Part shown: one piece after another, positions 1 to 10,380 of the stretch
How the letters are laid out: every line of letters begins with the position of its first letter
Position numbering within the stretch: the stretch's first letter is position 1
Assembly (NCBI GenBank): GCA_051252375.1
Contig: JBPOFY010000002.1
Location: 480,001 to 544,000 of the forward strand
Length of the DNA: 64,000 nt
Direction: 5' to 3'
From: Opitutaceae bacterium
GTDB lineage: Bacteria; Verrucomicrobiota; Verrucomicrobiia; Opitutales; Coraliomargaritaceae
Made by a program: the position numbers and the translations under genes
Notes under the pieces: model-generated
Told to the model about the DNA's origin: nothing
The model's database searches: none
Seen by the model: the letters and a program-made list of their open reading frames with translations, nothing else

Positions 1-2344
1 CTTGAAGCGACTTGTCTGCGTCCTTGCCATAATTGGCTGGAGCGTGCGACTCAACGCCGACCTTGTTGGCGAAATCAGGGTGCTTTGCGTAGTAATCTGC
101 GTTACCTTCACGAACAATCGCGCGGCCTTCCATCGACCAGTGCTCTTGTGTGTTGGCGAGATCATACTTCTCTTCAGTCAACTGAAGGGCTGCACCGAGT
201 GCGACACCAAGACCATCGGAGCTGCGAACTGTGTAAGCGTTGAAACCAACACCTTGACCGACGCGACCAACGACCTCGCGGCCCATTCCAAGCGGAAGGA
301 CAACTGTGTAGTTCGCCATACCAGGAACGACGTGAATCGGGCCCTTTACGGTGCGACCGTTGATGGTGAGCTCAGCGACAACCGCTTGCTCTTGGCCGCG
401 CTTGAATTCGGCTTTGTTGTTTTGAAGTGTTCCCTTAGCGCCTTCGAAGAACGCGCTGTCCTTGTTCATTGGCTTCTTGCTTGGGAAAATCTGGACGCCT
501 TGTTGCTCTTCGAGCTCCTTAGCCAAACGTGGGCTAATCAAGATCGCATTGTCCCAAGTCAGCTTGGTCATTGGATCCGGGCACTCCATCATCCAACCAT
601 TGTTGGCGAAACGACCGTCACCAGCGTGCGAGCTAGGTGCGAAGCGAACTTCGAGCTTGGTAGCGCTGAGTTCCAAAGCCTTGAGTTCAGCAGCGTCGAT
701 CGCAGCAACTACCTTAGCAGGCTCGGATTTCGCAGCCACTGCCTTGAAGGCAGAACCTTCGAGAAGACCATCACTGAGGAATTTATTATAATCGCTACCG
801 CCGAGCTTCTTGAATGTCGCTTGTGCGATCGAGTAAGCATCGGTGACTTCTGCGCCAGCCAAACGTGCGAGCACTTCGAGCTCGTTGAATGTTGGGAAAA
901 GCGGCTCAATCATCGGCTGCACTGGAACCAGTGTGCCGTCGAAAGTGCGGCCATCGCCCCAGCTCTCGAGATAGTGTGAGCGTGCGATGAAAGTCTTAGC
1001 TGCCTTGGCTGTTTCGTTGACCGATCCACCGAAGTAGATGCTTTCAGCAGCTTTGGCTTGTGCAGCGGCCCAATCGAGGTCGACCGGTGCATCGTAAACT
1101 GGGTTACCACCGATGATCACGAGTGTCTGCACGTCGCCTTTATTGAGGCGGGCTGCAGCGGCTGCGATACCCTTCTCGGCATCGGCGACAGCAACATATT
1201 TAACTGGAGCAGCCAGCGCTTCGTTGATCGCGATCACGATAGCGTGAACCGACTTTGGAAGGTGCTCACCGGCAACAATGATGGCGTGACCAGCATGATC
1301 TGCAAGGTCAGCCGCACATTCGTCGACCCACTTAGCATCAACATGAAGCGAAGCACCAAGCTTCTTTAATTCACCAGCGAGTGGACCACCAACGTGCTTC
1401 TTAGCAAGAACAGCGGCACCGACTTGAGCGATGAAAGCGCCCATTTGGCTGCTGCTGAGGCGGAGACGGTGATCGGCCATAGAGCCAGTCGATGTCAATG
1501 TGCTCTCAACCGCATAGAGGCGGCTCATCTTCGTGGCCTCTTTAGAATCTTTAACCTTACGAGTCTTAACGAAATCGCGGGCAAGACCGATCGATGCGTC
1601 AGCATTTAGAAGGAAGTCTGCATCCAGAGAAAGCACACGCTTTGCTTTGGAGAAATCAGGGAGTGCGCGCAGCGTCTTGCCGAAGACTGCCTTGGCAGCT
1701 TGCTCGGAAGTGCTTTGATCAATCGGTGTATACTCAGTCCAAGTCGCGGCAGGGAATGCCTTCTTGATTTGAGCAACCAGTGCGGCACGGCTAGGTGAAG
1801 TGCTTGGCTCTGCAAGGAAAACGAGTCCCTTACCCTTGTCGGCACCATGTGTCTTGCGAATCGCAGCGAGGCGGTCACGGACAGCTGTCTCAGAGATGCT
1901 GCTCTTCGTTGCGCGGTCAGGATCGTAAAGATCCAAAATGCTGGCTTGTGTGTAAACCGAAGTCGCACCGCCGTATGGCTTGTAGCTAGGGTTACCTTCG
2001 ATCTTGGTTGGACGACCTGTGTGCGTCTCAACGATGACCGGCACATTGTCACGAGCACCAGGCTGTGAGGATGTATAGTAAACTGGGATGCCAGGAATGA
2101 CGTTCTCGGGCTGCTTGGAGTAAGGTAGGATGGTTTGCTCAGGGCGACGGCAACCTGCCATACCCAGACCAGCCAGACCGAACGATGCGGCCATGACCTT
2201 CATGAACTGACGGCGATTGACACCTTCCATCTCGGAAGCACCGGCAGGGAATTCACGTTCGACCCAGTCCTTGAAAGCGGGTGTTTCCGCAAGGCTGTCG
2301 AGGCTCTTCCAGTAGCGAGGACCTGAAAATTCAGAGTTATTCAT
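1..2344 (-). CDS. actB: Alternative complex III subunit ActB (Tat-exported molybdopterin-oxidoreductase-like/Fe-S protein); runs off the window start
   Basis: Missing from the ORF track because no stop lies in the window. Manual translation from ATG 2344: [75 protein letters not shown]...[10 protein letters not shown]. Later segments [25 protein letters not shown] and [11 protein letters not shown] are typical of ActB. Directly downstream of actA. Confidence 0.92.
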   Translation of the reverse strand, partial: MNNSEFSGPRYWKSLDSLAETPAFKDWVEREFPAGASEMEGVNRRQFMKVMAASFGLAGLGMAGCRRPEQTILPYSKQPENVIPGIPVYYTSSQPGARDNVPVIVETHTGRPTKIEGNPSYKPYGGATSVYTQASILDLYDPDRATKSSISETAVRDRLAAIRKTHGADKGKGLVFLAEPSTSPSRAALVAQIKKAFPAATWTEYTPIDQSTSEQAAKAVFGKTLRALPDFSKAKRVLSLDADFLLNADASIGLARDFVKTRKVKDSKEATKMSRLYAVESTLTSTGSMADHRLRLSSSQMGAFIAQVGAAVLAKKHVGGPLAGELKKLGASLHVDAKWVDECAADLADHAGHAIIVAGEHLPKSVHAIVIAINEALAAPVKYVAVADAEKGIAAAAARLNKGDVQTLVIIGGNPVYDAPVDLDWAAAQAKAAESIYFGGSVNETAKAAKTFIARSHYLESWGDGRTFDGTLVPVQPMIEPLFPTFNELEVLARLAGAEVTDAYSIAQATFKKLGGSDYNKFLSDGLLEGSAFKAVAAKSEPAKVVAAIDAAELKALELSATKLEVRFAPSSHAGDGRFANNGWMMECPDPMTKLTWDNAILISPRLAKELEEQQGVQIFPSKKPMNKDSAFFEGAKGTLQNNKAEFKRGQEQAVVAELTINGRTVKGPIHVVPGMANYTVVLPLGMGREVVGRVGQGVGFNAYTVRSSDGLGVALGAALQLTEEKYDLANTQEHWSMEGRAIVREGNADYYAKHPDFANKVGVESHAPANYGKDADKSLQ

Positions 2345-2362
2345 TGCTTAAATAAAAATCGA

Positions 2363-3016
2363 TTAACGGTGGCAGCCTGAACAGCTTTGTGGCGGATTGA
2401 CTTTCCAGTCGTGAACGAAGCCTTCGAATTCAGCTTCAGCGGCTTCACCTTCTGGGCGTTCCCAATCAAGGTTGTAAACTTCTTCTACCGGGCGGATGTA
2501 TTCCTCCGGATTGCGGTGACACTCTAAACAGAAAGCCATGCTGAATGATTTCTCATGCTGCACGACATCCATCTCGTCGACACGACCGTGACACTCGACG
2601 CAGCTGATACCGCGGTTTACGTGGACGGAGTGATTGAAGTAGACGTAGTCTGGTGTCTTGTGAACACGCACCCATGGAATCGGCTCGCCCGACTCGTAGC
2701 TCTCGCGCACAGGAGCGAGCATTGGGTCGTCCTTACGCACCATGCTGTGGCATGACATACAGACATTCGAACCAGGCACATTGGAGTGCTCGGAACGATC
2801 AACAAAAGTGTGGCAGTAACGGCAATCGATCTCCAACTGACCTGCGTGCAGGGCGTGGCTGAAAGCGACCGGCTGTGTCGGCGCATAGCCGACACGTGTG
2901 TATTTTGGTGTGGCGTAATAAGTCACCCCCAAAACAACCGCTGTCTTGATCAAGACAATTGCTACAATTACTTTAATAGGGATCGTGTTGACCCACCTTG
3001 GAAATACATTCGCCAT
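2363..3016 (-). CDS. actA: Alternative complex III pentahaem cytochrome c subunit ActA (cytochrome c3 family)
   Basis: N-terminal TM helix, QPVAFSH motif, five CxxCH motifs (CRYCH, CMSCH, CVECH, CLECH, CSGCH); adjacent to actB. Confidence 0.93.
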   Translation of the reverse strand: MANVFPRWVNTIPIKVIVAIVLIKTAVVLGVTYYATPKYTRVGYAPTQPVAFSHALHAGQLEIDCRYCHTFVDRSEHSNVPGSNVCMSCHSMVRKDDPMLAPVRESYESGEPIPWVRVHKTPDYVYFNHSVHVNRGISCVECHGRVDEMDVVQHEKSFSMAFCLECHRNPEEYIRPVEEVYNLDWERPEGEAAEAEFEGFVHDWKVNPPQSCSGCHR

Positions 3017-3048
3017 TGTAATTAGTGTATAAAATTTGCCGGTTGGAC

Positions 3049-3258
3049 TTACGCCAGATCCACTGACTGACGGGCTACTGCCCCTTTCGCAGTGCGGATA
3101 CGCGACATCGCACTCGGTGTTTTCACCTGTGCTGCATGTTGCGTGGTTGCAGATTTCGAACGTGCGACGCCCCCCAGAGCCAAGGCCCCAGCAAGTGCAA
3201 CGCCTGCACGCTTTAAAAATCCCTTACGAGTAGTATTAGTAGTAGTTCCGCTGTCCAT
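3049..3258 (-). CDS. Small (~69 aa) hypothetical protein with a Tat-like signal
   Basis: MDSGTTTNTTRKGFLKRAGVALAGALALGGVA...: a [ST]RRxFLK-like motif (RK variant) plus an h-region; 32 bp upstream of actA on the same strand. Confidence 0.6.
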   Translation of the reverse strand: MDSGTTTNTTRKGFLKRAGVALAGALALGGVARSKSATTQHAAQVKTPSAMSRIRTAKGAVARQSVDLA

Positions 3259-3489
3259 CGGTTTAAAAGGTGCTGATAAAAGTCGCACGCTAACTCATGG
3301 CAACCGTTTTTTAACTAGAATTTGAAAACAAATGGAACAATCCCAATAATCACAGATATCTCGTATTACTTGAGAGTTAGCGTATTTAAGCCACAAACGA
3401 CATTCCTTCAAAGGAATCAGTTCTCCTAGTAAGCGAACTTATGGGCACTAGAAATAAGCAGGTCGTATAACTGGTATCACGACACCTAA

Positions 3490-5481
3490 TCAAATACGAC
3501 TTCGCAAAGCGCGCGCCGTCACCGCAAAACTCGAAACCAGCATGATCACAGATGCCGCCACAGGATGTAACATCCCAGCTGCTGCCAAGGCCATACCGAC
3601 CACATTATAACAGGCCGCATAGATTAAATTCCCCCGTAAGCGCCTGTATATGTTGCGGGAGAGCGTGATCGCCTCCGGCAAGACCTCGACTTGATCCGCT
3701 CGCAACTGCCCAGTTGCTGCCGAACGAGTGAAATCCGCCCCTGTCCCCATGGCAATCGACGCGCCAGCCATCGCCATTGCAGAAGCATCGTTGATACCGT
3801 CGCCAACAAATACTGGAAACTGTCCCGATTGTGCCGACGACTCCAACCGCTCAGCCTTATCCGCCGCCGACAGCCCGGATTCAAGCGCGACAGCCTCTGG
3901 CAATACAAACTGCGGGCTCGGATCGCCAGTCAACACCGTCGCTTGCACCTGTATATCCGCCAATCGGCCCCAGAGATCAGCTACACCGGCCCGGGCACGC
4001 TCTTTCAAAACAAAGATAGCCGCTGGCTCACCATCTATAAAAACAAAGATCCGCTTACCCTCGGTCTCGATCAATCGGTCACAAAGCGCCTCAATCGCGG
4101 CAGCCGCCTCTGATAACGACGCCTCACCGATTTGCACAACTCGACGCGCACCGCCGATAACGACCTCCGCAGAGACCCCCTGCCCTGCCAGTAATTGCAG
4201 CGAATCCACCTCCACCAAGGTCTCAGCCTCTGGCAATGCATCGACCAAAGCCCGCGCGACAGGATGCGCCACCCTCGACTGAATCGCTCGAATAGCTGGC
4301 AACAACGCCTCACGCTCCGCGCCAAACGCATCCGCCACCAAAGTCTCCGTCACCCGCATCTGCGATTCACTCAAAGTCCCCGTTTTGTCGAAAAACACAT
4401 GCTCTGTCCGCGCCAAAGCATCGATCAAGGTCCCATTCCGGCTGACCAAGCCCAATCCAGCCAAACGATACAACCCCTGCCAAATCGCAACTGGAGTCGC
4501 TAAGCCAAGCGCGCACGGGCAGGCCACCAGCAAAACCGCCATACTATTGAATGCCGCCTGCACCCACGTCCCTGCCAGCGACCAATACACCGCCGTGCAG
4601 ATACTGACCAAAGCCACCAGCGGCAAAAAGAACTGTATCAAGCGATTCGCCTGCGCCTGCATTTCCGAAGGTTGCCCTGAGACATCCTCCACCACTTGTA
4701 AAATCTGATCCAACTCACGCGCCCCGCCCACTGCTTCCGCCTGCAGCTCAAAAGCACCGTCAACCGACCAAGTCCCCGCACGAACTCGATCACCCACACG
4801 CCGCACGACCGGCAACGGCTCCCCCGTCAATGCCGTCTCCCGCACATAGCCCTGCCCCGCAAGCACCACGCCATCGACCGTAAACGGCATACCTGGATCG
4901 ACTCGCACCGTCGCGCCCACCGCGACCGCCGCAACCGAAACCGCTTCTACAGAACCATCATTCCCGACCACATTCGCCCGATCATAGCGCTCCCGCAGCT
5001 TCTCGCTCTCCAGAGTGATCCGCGCCTGTGAGCGCTCGCTCAACATCCGACCCACCGTGTAGATCGCGATCACCACTGAGACCACTTCGTAGTAAACACT
5101 CCCTGAACCGGTCACCGAGCTCACCACCGAGCCCATAAACGCACCCAACAAGCTCAGTGTGAACAAGCCCTCAATCGAGAGCCGCCGTGAACGCAGCATT
5201 CCAAGCGTCGACCCAAATAACGGACCACCTAAAAACGCCATCACCACCAGTGCCGAAAAGATCAACCCCCCATGCAACACCCAATACGCCGTCGAATCAT
5301 AAGGTGGCGGCGTCATATTCAAAGCCAACGAAAACACCATCCCCTGCCCGGCAAACACACCTGCAATGGCAATCCGCAACCAAGAACGAGCGAGTTGCAG
5401 GTCCAAAGCATCGCAATCCTGATCCTCCGTCGCGCAAACGACCGGATTAAACGAACTAGATATGGATGGCTCAGAAGACAT
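3490..5481 (-). CDS. Heavy-metal P1B-type ATPase, Cu(I) type, CcoI/FixI-like
   Basis: [27 protein letters not shown] motifs; YN and MxxSS transmembrane motifs; upstream of the act operon. Confidence 0.88.
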   Translation of the reverse strand: MSSEPSISSSFNPVVCATEDQDCDALDLQLARSWLRIAIAGVFAGQGMVFSLALNMTPPPYDSTAYWVLHGGLIFSALVVMAFLGGPLFGSTLGMLRSRRLSIEGLFTLSLLGAFMGSVVSSVTGSGSVYYEVVSVVIAIYTVGRMLSERSQARITLESEKLRERYDRANVVGNDGSVEAVSVAAVAVGATVRVDPGMPFTVDGVVLAGQGYVRETALTGEPLPVVRRVGDRVRAGTWSVDGAFELQAEAVGGARELDQILQVVEDVSGQPSEMQAQANRLIQFFLPLVALVSICTAVYWSLAGTWVQAAFNSMAVLLVACPCALGLATPVAIWQGLYRLAGLGLVSRNGTLIDALARTEHVFFDKTGTLSESQMRVTETLVADAFGAEREALLPAIRAIQSRVAHPVARALVDALPEAETLVEVDSLQLLAGQGVSAEVVIGGARRVVQIGEASLSEAAAAIEALCDRLIETEGKRIFVFIDGEPAAIFVLKERARAGVADLWGRLADIQVQATVLTGDPSPQFVLPEAVALESGLSAADKAERLESSAQSGQFPVFVGDGINDASAMAMAGASIAMGTGADFTRSAATGQLRADQVEVLPEAITLSRNIYRRLRGNLIYAACYNVVGMALAAAGMLHPVAASVIMLVSSFAVTARALRSRI

Positions 5482-5525
5482 ACTTATGAATTAGACAGAC
5501 GTAAGTCTGCCGGAGAGGATGTAAC

Positions 5526-5599
5526 AATTATTTTTGACAGAATGATTAAAAAGAAGCCCTCATAGACACCATCCAATAATTATTCTGTCAAAAATCATT
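5526..5599. repeat. 22-bp intergenic inverted repeat (GACAGAATGATT family)
   Basis: aattatttttgacagaatgatt (5526-5547) and aattattctgtcaaaaatcatt (5578-5599) are complementary at 20/22 positions; a related arm lies at 40946-40975. Confidence 0.8.
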
Positions 5600-5621
5600 C
5601 TGTCTTAAAGAACCGAGCATC

Positions 5622-6086
5622 ATGCCTCCCGAACAAACAAGCAAAGGCCTCCCCGGTAAATACGTCGCCATGCTCCTCGTCCTGCTAACTGGCGTCGTCG
5701 GTGGGCTCTTCATCTACATAGGCCCCAAAGCGACTCAGAAGAACCCGGGCGTGATTCACGTAGGTATTCGCTACGTCGACGAAATGCACATCAGCTTTTC
5801 GAAATATCCAAAGTCTGGTCCCGGCGCAGTGATCGAGTTCGTCGCCCCTGACGGCAGCGTCGTGTTTACTTTTGAACACCTCAAAATCGGTCGCAACTTG
5901 ATGCCTTTGGAAAACATCCCGAGCGGTCCCTACATGGCTCGTCTCTCCGCGACCGATTATAAAACGGTCGAAGTCCCGATCATCGTCGAAGGTCGCATGC
6001 TCAATCCCCCGCTCGACGCCGAATTCGCAAAAGGCGCCTACGCCGCCTACAATATGATCGGCGTCTGGTTTGAACCGGTGGAGTAA
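5622..6086 (+). CDS. Hypothetical membrane-anchored protein (single N-terminal TM, probable beta-sandwich domain)
   Basis: 154 aa ORF; hydrophobic segment VAMLLVLLTGVVGGLFIYI; GPYMARLSATDYK resembles carboxypeptidase-regulatory-like domains. Confidence 0.65.
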   Translation: MPPEQTSKGLPGKYVAMLLVLLTGVVGGLFIYIGPKATQKNPGVIHVGIRYVDEMHISFSKYPKSGPGAVIEFVAPDGSVVFTFEHLKIGRNLMPLENIPSGPYMARLSATDYKTVEVPIIVEGRMLNPPLDAEFAKGAYAAYNMIGVWFEPVE

Positions 6087-6159
6087 GATCACCGTCTTAA
6101 TCCGAATCCGAATTTTAATCCCCAAAACGAACGATTCAAATCACCTCTAGCTGCGAAAC

Positions 6160-6187
6160 TTGACATTTCGTGCGTTTTAGACGAAAT
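6160..6187 (+). promoter_or_regulatory. Putative TA promoter/operator: TTGACA overlapped by palindrome ATTTCGT-N9-ACGAAAT
   Basis: TTGACA at 6160-6165; atttcgt 6165-6171 and acgaaat 6181-6187 just before the antitoxin ATG. No clear -10 box. Confidence 0.5.
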
Positions 6188-6194
6188 AGATGAA

Positions 6195-6437
6195 ATGAAG
6201 ACGATTACAGCAAACGAAGCGAAACAGTCTTTTGGACGCTTACTGGACGATGCCAAACGCGAACCCATCATGATTGAGAAGCATAAGCGCCCAGCTGCTG
6301 TGATGATTTCTTCCGATGAGTATGACCGCCTGAGAGGTTTGAATGTCGCTCAATTCAGCGCATTTTGTGACCAGATCGGACAACGTGCCGAAGCAAGCGG
6401 ACTCACTGAAGCCAAGCTTTCAAAGCTACTTGATTAG
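6195..6437 (+). CDS. Type II antitoxin, Phd/YefM family
   Basis: MKTITANEAKQSFGRLLDDAKREPIMIEKHKRPAAVMIS is a typical Phd fold signature. Confidence 0.92.
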   Translation: MKTITANEAKQSFGRLLDDAKREPIMIEKHKRPAAVMISSDEYDRLRGLNVAQFSAFCDQIGQRAEASGLTEAKLSKLLD

Positions 6438-6443
6438 ACTCCG

Positions 6444-6866
6444 ATGACGCACACCAAACGCTGGGTCGTCGACACGAATGCCCTAATCAGCCGTCTTTTA
6501 CTGCCCAGTTCAATCACTGCAAAAGCGGTGAACCATGCCCTACAAACTGGGGATTTATTGGTCAGTAACGAGACGCTCGCAGAACTTGCTGAAGTCCTTC
6601 AACGGCCAAAATTCAACAAATATATTTCAGCCAAGGAACGCCTAGAATTCTTCGAACATCTTGGTCGTATCTGCATACAGATTGAAATCATTCAAACAAT
6701 CAAAGCCTGCCGAGATCCAAAGGATGATAAATTTCTTTCGGTCGCAGTAAATGGACAAGCCGATGCAATCCTAACAGGTGATAAAGACCTGCTGACCTTG
6801 AGCCCTTTCTTAGAGATTCCGATCCTAGCCCCTTCGGATTATTTGAAATATACCGACGGAATCTAA
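6444..6866 (+). CDS. PIN-domain toxin (VapC-like)
   Basis: VVDTNALIS, CRDPKDDKFL, ILTGDKDLL motifs; 6 bp after the antitoxin. Confidence 0.92.
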   Translation: MTHTKRWVVDTNALISRLLLPSSITAKAVNHALQTGDLLVSNETLAELAEVLQRPKFNKYISAKERLEFFEHLGRICIQIEIIQTIKACRDPKDDKFLSVAVNGQADAILTGDKDLLTLSPFLEIPILAPSDYLKYTDGI

Positions 6867-6897
6867 ATCCCTTCGTCACACGTCGTGTGTAGAAGCA

Positions 6898-6986
6898 GGT
6901 AGCGGTGCTTGTCCCAAGCGCCATCCGTCAGCATCAGCAACTAAAGCAGCAATCCAATGGCCATAGGGACAGCCTCCGCCCCTACC
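6898..6986. repeat. GTAG REP doublet, family A
   Basis: ggtagcggtgcttgtcccaagcgcca...tggccatagggacagcctccgcccctacc; other copies at 12876, 40803, 49621. Confidence 0.8.
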
Positions 6987-7404
6987 GCTTTTGCTGACTC
7001 GCCAGATACTCTCGGCGCTGCACGTCTTTCGACAAATAACGCCTAGAATCATCTTTCGCGATCCAAGCGGCAATGCCGTCTGACTCGGGCTCCTCTTTAC
7101 CAACAGGCATATGTCCTTCATTGCAGATCAATGCGACAAACTTGGAGCCATGCCGTAGAAGATAAAAAGCCACCCCAGCATAGAAGAAAAAGATCAAAGC
7201 CTGCGGCCAAGAGACATCCCAACTGATTCGTGACGAAAGTGAGCCCTTCATCGAAAGATACCTGTCCGAGTTAAGCAAATAGGCGGCATACGCCACCATC
7301 CCTAACTTCTTCAATGCCATCACAGCAAACAAACAACCAAGTAAACGAGTCACCAACCATGCCAGGCCGTTCTTTGTTAATGCTTTATCAGTCATAGACC
7401 GCAT
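6982..7404 (-). CDS. Hypothetical two-TM membrane protein
   Basis: ORF with two hydrophobic segments; start uncertain (7395, 7404 or 7437). Confidence 0.55.
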   Translation of the reverse strand: MRSMTDKALTKNGLAWLVTRLLGCLFAVMALKKLGMVAYAAYLLNSDRYLSMKGSLSSRISWDVSWPQALIFFFYAGVAFYLLRHGSKFVALICNEGHMPVGKEEPESDGIAAWIAKDDSRRYLSKDVQRREYLASQQKR

Positions 7405-7496
7405 CACATTTACTTCATTGAAATAAGGCAATTTCAAATCTACCTCGTATCAGCTTGACGCTTTTGCGTGAGGCAACCTACGTCACACTAGAATAA

Positions 7497-7533
7497 ATCA
7501 GCGCTAATCTGCGAAATCTGCGAAATCTGCGGA
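7497..7533. repeat. 9-mer tandem ATCTGCGAA repeat arm
   Basis: atcagcgctaatctgcgaaatctgcgaaatctgcgga; related arms at ~12983-13097. Confidence 0.7.
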
Positions 7534-7574
7534 CCTCATATCCGACCTATTCGCATCCAACCACGATTAAAGAA

Positions 7575-9635
7575 TCAGCGCTTCTTCTTCGGCAACCCCT
7601 TAGCGTTATAAACCGCTTTATGCTTTTTCTTCGGCTTGGCTTTCGCTCCACCATAACTACCGCCGCCGTGCTTACCGCTTTGTAGAATCTCAATCTGATC
7701 ACGGATCATCGCCGCCTTCTCAAACTGTAACTGACGTGCCGCTTCGAGCATCTCCTCTTCCATCTCGGCGATCACTTCGGCTACGTCGCGATCACCATCT
7801 TCTGCCGCCAGCAAGTCATGGGCATCTGGCTCATCGTAGCGTTTGCCAGGTGCCTGCAGACTCTCGTCGATCCCACGCTTCACTCCCCTCGGCGTGATGC
7901 CGTGCTCAAGGTTATGCGCTAGCTGTTTTTCACGGCGATAACTGGTCGTCTCCAAAGTCTTCTGGATCGAATTCGTGATCACGTCGGCATACAAAATAAC
8001 ACGCCCTTTTTCATGACGCGCCGCGCGACCTGCGGTCTGAATCAGACTCGTCGCACTACGCAAAAAGCCTTCCTTATCTGCATCCAAAATCGCAACCAGT
8101 GCCACCTCTGGCAAGTCGAGGCCTTCACGCAAAAGATTCACCCCGATCAACACATCAAAGTCACCCTTCCGCAAGCGCCGCAAGATCTCCACGCGCTCAA
8201 TCGCATCGATATCGGAGTGTAAATACTCCACCTTCAAGCCTGCCTCGCGCACGAAGTCCGCGAGGTCTTCCGACATGCGTTTGGTGAGCGTCGTGATCAA
8301 GGTGCGCTCATTCTCATCCGCCGCCTTGCGCACTTCGCCGATCACATCTTCCACCTGCCCCTTGATCGGTCGAATTTCCATTTCCGGATCGACCAATCCC
8401 GTCGGTCGAATCACCTGCTCCGCCACGACCTGAGACACATTGATTTCATGATCCGCCGGCGTGGCCGACACGTAGACTGTCTGCCCAGTGATCTCTTCAA
8501 ATTCCTCTAGCATCTGCGGTCGATTATCCAGCGCCGACGGCAAACGAAAGCCGAACTCCACCAAGCGCTCCTTGCGTGCGCGGTCGCCATTATACATCGC
8601 CCGCACCTGCGGCAGCGTGACATGGCTCTCATCGATAAACACCATGAAATCATCGGGAAAGAAATCGATCAGACAGAACGGTCGCTCGCCCGGTTTACGA
8701 CCGGAGAGATAACGCGAGTAATTCTCGATACCCGTGCAAAAGCCCATCTCTTGCAACAGTTCGATGTCATATTCGGTGCGCATACGAATACGTTGCGCCT
8801 CGATCAACTTCCCCTCGGCTTCAAACTTCGCGATCTGCTCATCGAGTTCTTTGCGGATACCACCGATCGCGCCGTCGATCTTATCCTTCGGCGTCACGTA
8901 TTGAGTGGCTGGATACAAATTAAACATCTGCAACACCTCGCCAGTGTTACCAGTCAGCGGATCAAGCTCACGAATACTTTCCAGTTCATCGCCCCAGAAC
9001 TCCACACGTATCGCGCTCTCCATGTAGGCGGGATAAATATCCACCACATCGCCCCGCACACGAAATGTGCCGCGCTTAAACTCCACATCATTCCGATTAT
9101 AAAGAATCGTCACAAGGTTCTCCAAAAAGTCGTCGCGCGAGAACTCCATGCCTGCCTGCAGCGGCATCATCATCGCCTTAAAATCCTCCGGCGAACCAAG
9201 ACCATAAATACACGACACACTGGCGATCACGATCACATCCTTACGGCTGATCAACGACGACGAAGCCGAGATACGTAGCCGCTCAATTTCCTCATTAATC
9301 GAAGAGTCCTTCTCGATGTAAGTATCCGTTGATGGGATGTAGGCCTCCGGTTGATAGTAGTCGTAGTAACTGACAAAATACTCGACCGCATTCTCCGGGA
9401 AGAAGGCCTTAAACTCCGAATACAACTGTGCCGCCAGAGTCTTGTTATGCGAAATAATCAGCGCCGGGCGTTGCAGCTCTTGAATGACATTCGCCATCGA
9501 GAAAGTCTTCCCAGAACCCGTCACCCCCAGCAGCGTCTGGCGAGAATTCCCAGCACGCAGTGAATCCACCAACGCTTGAATCGCGGTCGGCTGATCGCCC
9601 TCCGGCGCATACTCACTGCTCAGTTTAAAATCCAC
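7575..9635 (-). CDS. uvrB: Excinuclease ABC subunit B
   Basis: GVTGSGKT, YFVSYYDYYQPEAY, GFRLPSALDNRP, LREGLDLPEV motifs and C-terminal UVR domain; GTG start. Confidence 0.99.
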   Translation of the reverse strand: MDFKLSSEYAPEGDQPTAIQALVDSLRAGNSRQTLLGVTGSGKTFSMANVIQELQRPALIISHNKTLAAQLYSEFKAFFPENAVEYFVSYYDYYQPEAYIPSTDTYIEKDSSINEEIERLRISASSSLISRKDVIVIASVSCIYGLGSPEDFKAMMMPLQAGMEFSRDDFLENLVTILYNRNDVEFKRGTFRVRGDVVDIYPAYMESAIRVEFWGDELESIRELDPLTGNTGEVLQMFNLYPATQYVTPKDKIDGAIGGIRKELDEQIAKFEAEGKLIEAQRIRMRTEYDIELLQEMGFCTGIENYSRYLSGRKPGERPFCLIDFFPDDFMVFIDESHVTLPQVRAMYNGDRARKERLVEFGFRLPSALDNRPQMLEEFEEITGQTVYVSATPADHEINVSQVVAEQVIRPTGLVDPEMEIRPIKGQVEDVIGEVRKAADENERTLITTLTKRMSEDLADFVREAGLKVEYLHSDIDAIERVEILRRLRKGDFDVLIGVNLLREGLDLPEVALVAILDADKEGFLRSATSLIQTAGRAARHEKGRVILYADVITNSIQKTLETTSYRREKQLAHNLEHGITPRGVKRGIDESLQAPGKRYDEPDAHDLLAAEDGDRDVAEVIAEMEEEMLEAARQLQFEKAAMIRDQIEILQSGKHGGGSYGGAKAKPKKKHKAVYNAKGLPKKKR

Positions 9636-9703
9636 ACCGAGAGAGAAAGCGAGGAATCCACATTTCGCAAGTGCCCATCATCAGAACTACCTGACGTAAA
9701 TTC

Positions 9704-9852
9704 AACCGCCGTTTCGGCAAGCTAAGGCCCTGAGCCAGTCGAAGGGCAGAGCACGCTGAGAGCGCAGAGCTTACAACACTGTAATTATTGATATATTCAA
9801 AGACGTCAGAGTCGCTCCGCGTTCTCAGCGGTCTCGAGCGAAGCGGGCGGTT
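9704..9852. repeat. Palindromic element family F (AACCGC...GCGGTT), no cargo gene
   Basis: aaccgcc...gcagagcacgctgagagcgcagag / ctccgcgttctcagcggtctcgagcgaagcgggcggtt; the left arm contains a nested ttcggcaagct...cctgagccagtcgaaggg hairpin. Confidence 0.7.
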
Positions 9853-9935
9853 AAACCAATCTTTCAGAGTGATAGTTTAGAGATTTGCCTCCATCAGCCT
9901 AGACACCATCAAAATCTGATACACATTATAGAAAC

Positions 9936-10328
9936 ATGGACCGGATACTCTTCTACGATGGTGATTGCGGGATTTGCACCCGCTCGGTGCGCTTCTTGTT
10001 GAAGCGGGATCGTCATGACCGTTTACATTACGCCCCACTCCAAGGCACGACGGCGCAATCACTCTTACCCGAAGGCTTGCGCAAGGAACTATCCACTGCG
10101 GTCTATCGCCGAAGAGAAGGCGAAGTCTATCTACGCTCTGAAGCTGTCTTGTATGCCCTCATCGACACCGGCAGCGCATGGCGTCTCACCGCCCGCGTGT
10201 TGCTCTACTTGCCCAACGGCTTCCGAGACGCGGTCTACAATTGGATCGCCCGAAATCGTGAACGTTTATCACCCAAAGGAGCTTGCGAACTGCCCACGCA
10301 ACAGGAACGCGAGCAACTGCTACCGTGA
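9936..10328 (+). CDS. DCC-family thiol-disulfide oxidoreductase (DUF393)
   Basis: ILFYDGDCGIC, RDAVYNWIARNR motifs. Confidence 0.92.
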   Translation: MDRILFYDGDCGICTRSVRFLLKRDRHDRLHYAPLQGTTAQSLLPEGLRKELSTAVYRRREGEVYLRSEAVLYALIDTGSAWRLTARVLLYLPNGFRDAVYNWIARNRERLSPKGACELPTQQEREQLLP

Positions 10329-10380
10329 CTCCGCCCGTAAGGGGTCCACATGAGTCAATGCCATTGCATCTTAAATTTGA

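Noticed and set aside
2..979. 325-aa plus-strand ORF and other plus-strand ORFs to 2326
   Set aside because: Antisense shadows of actB, which the ORF track missed because it lacks a stop in the window.
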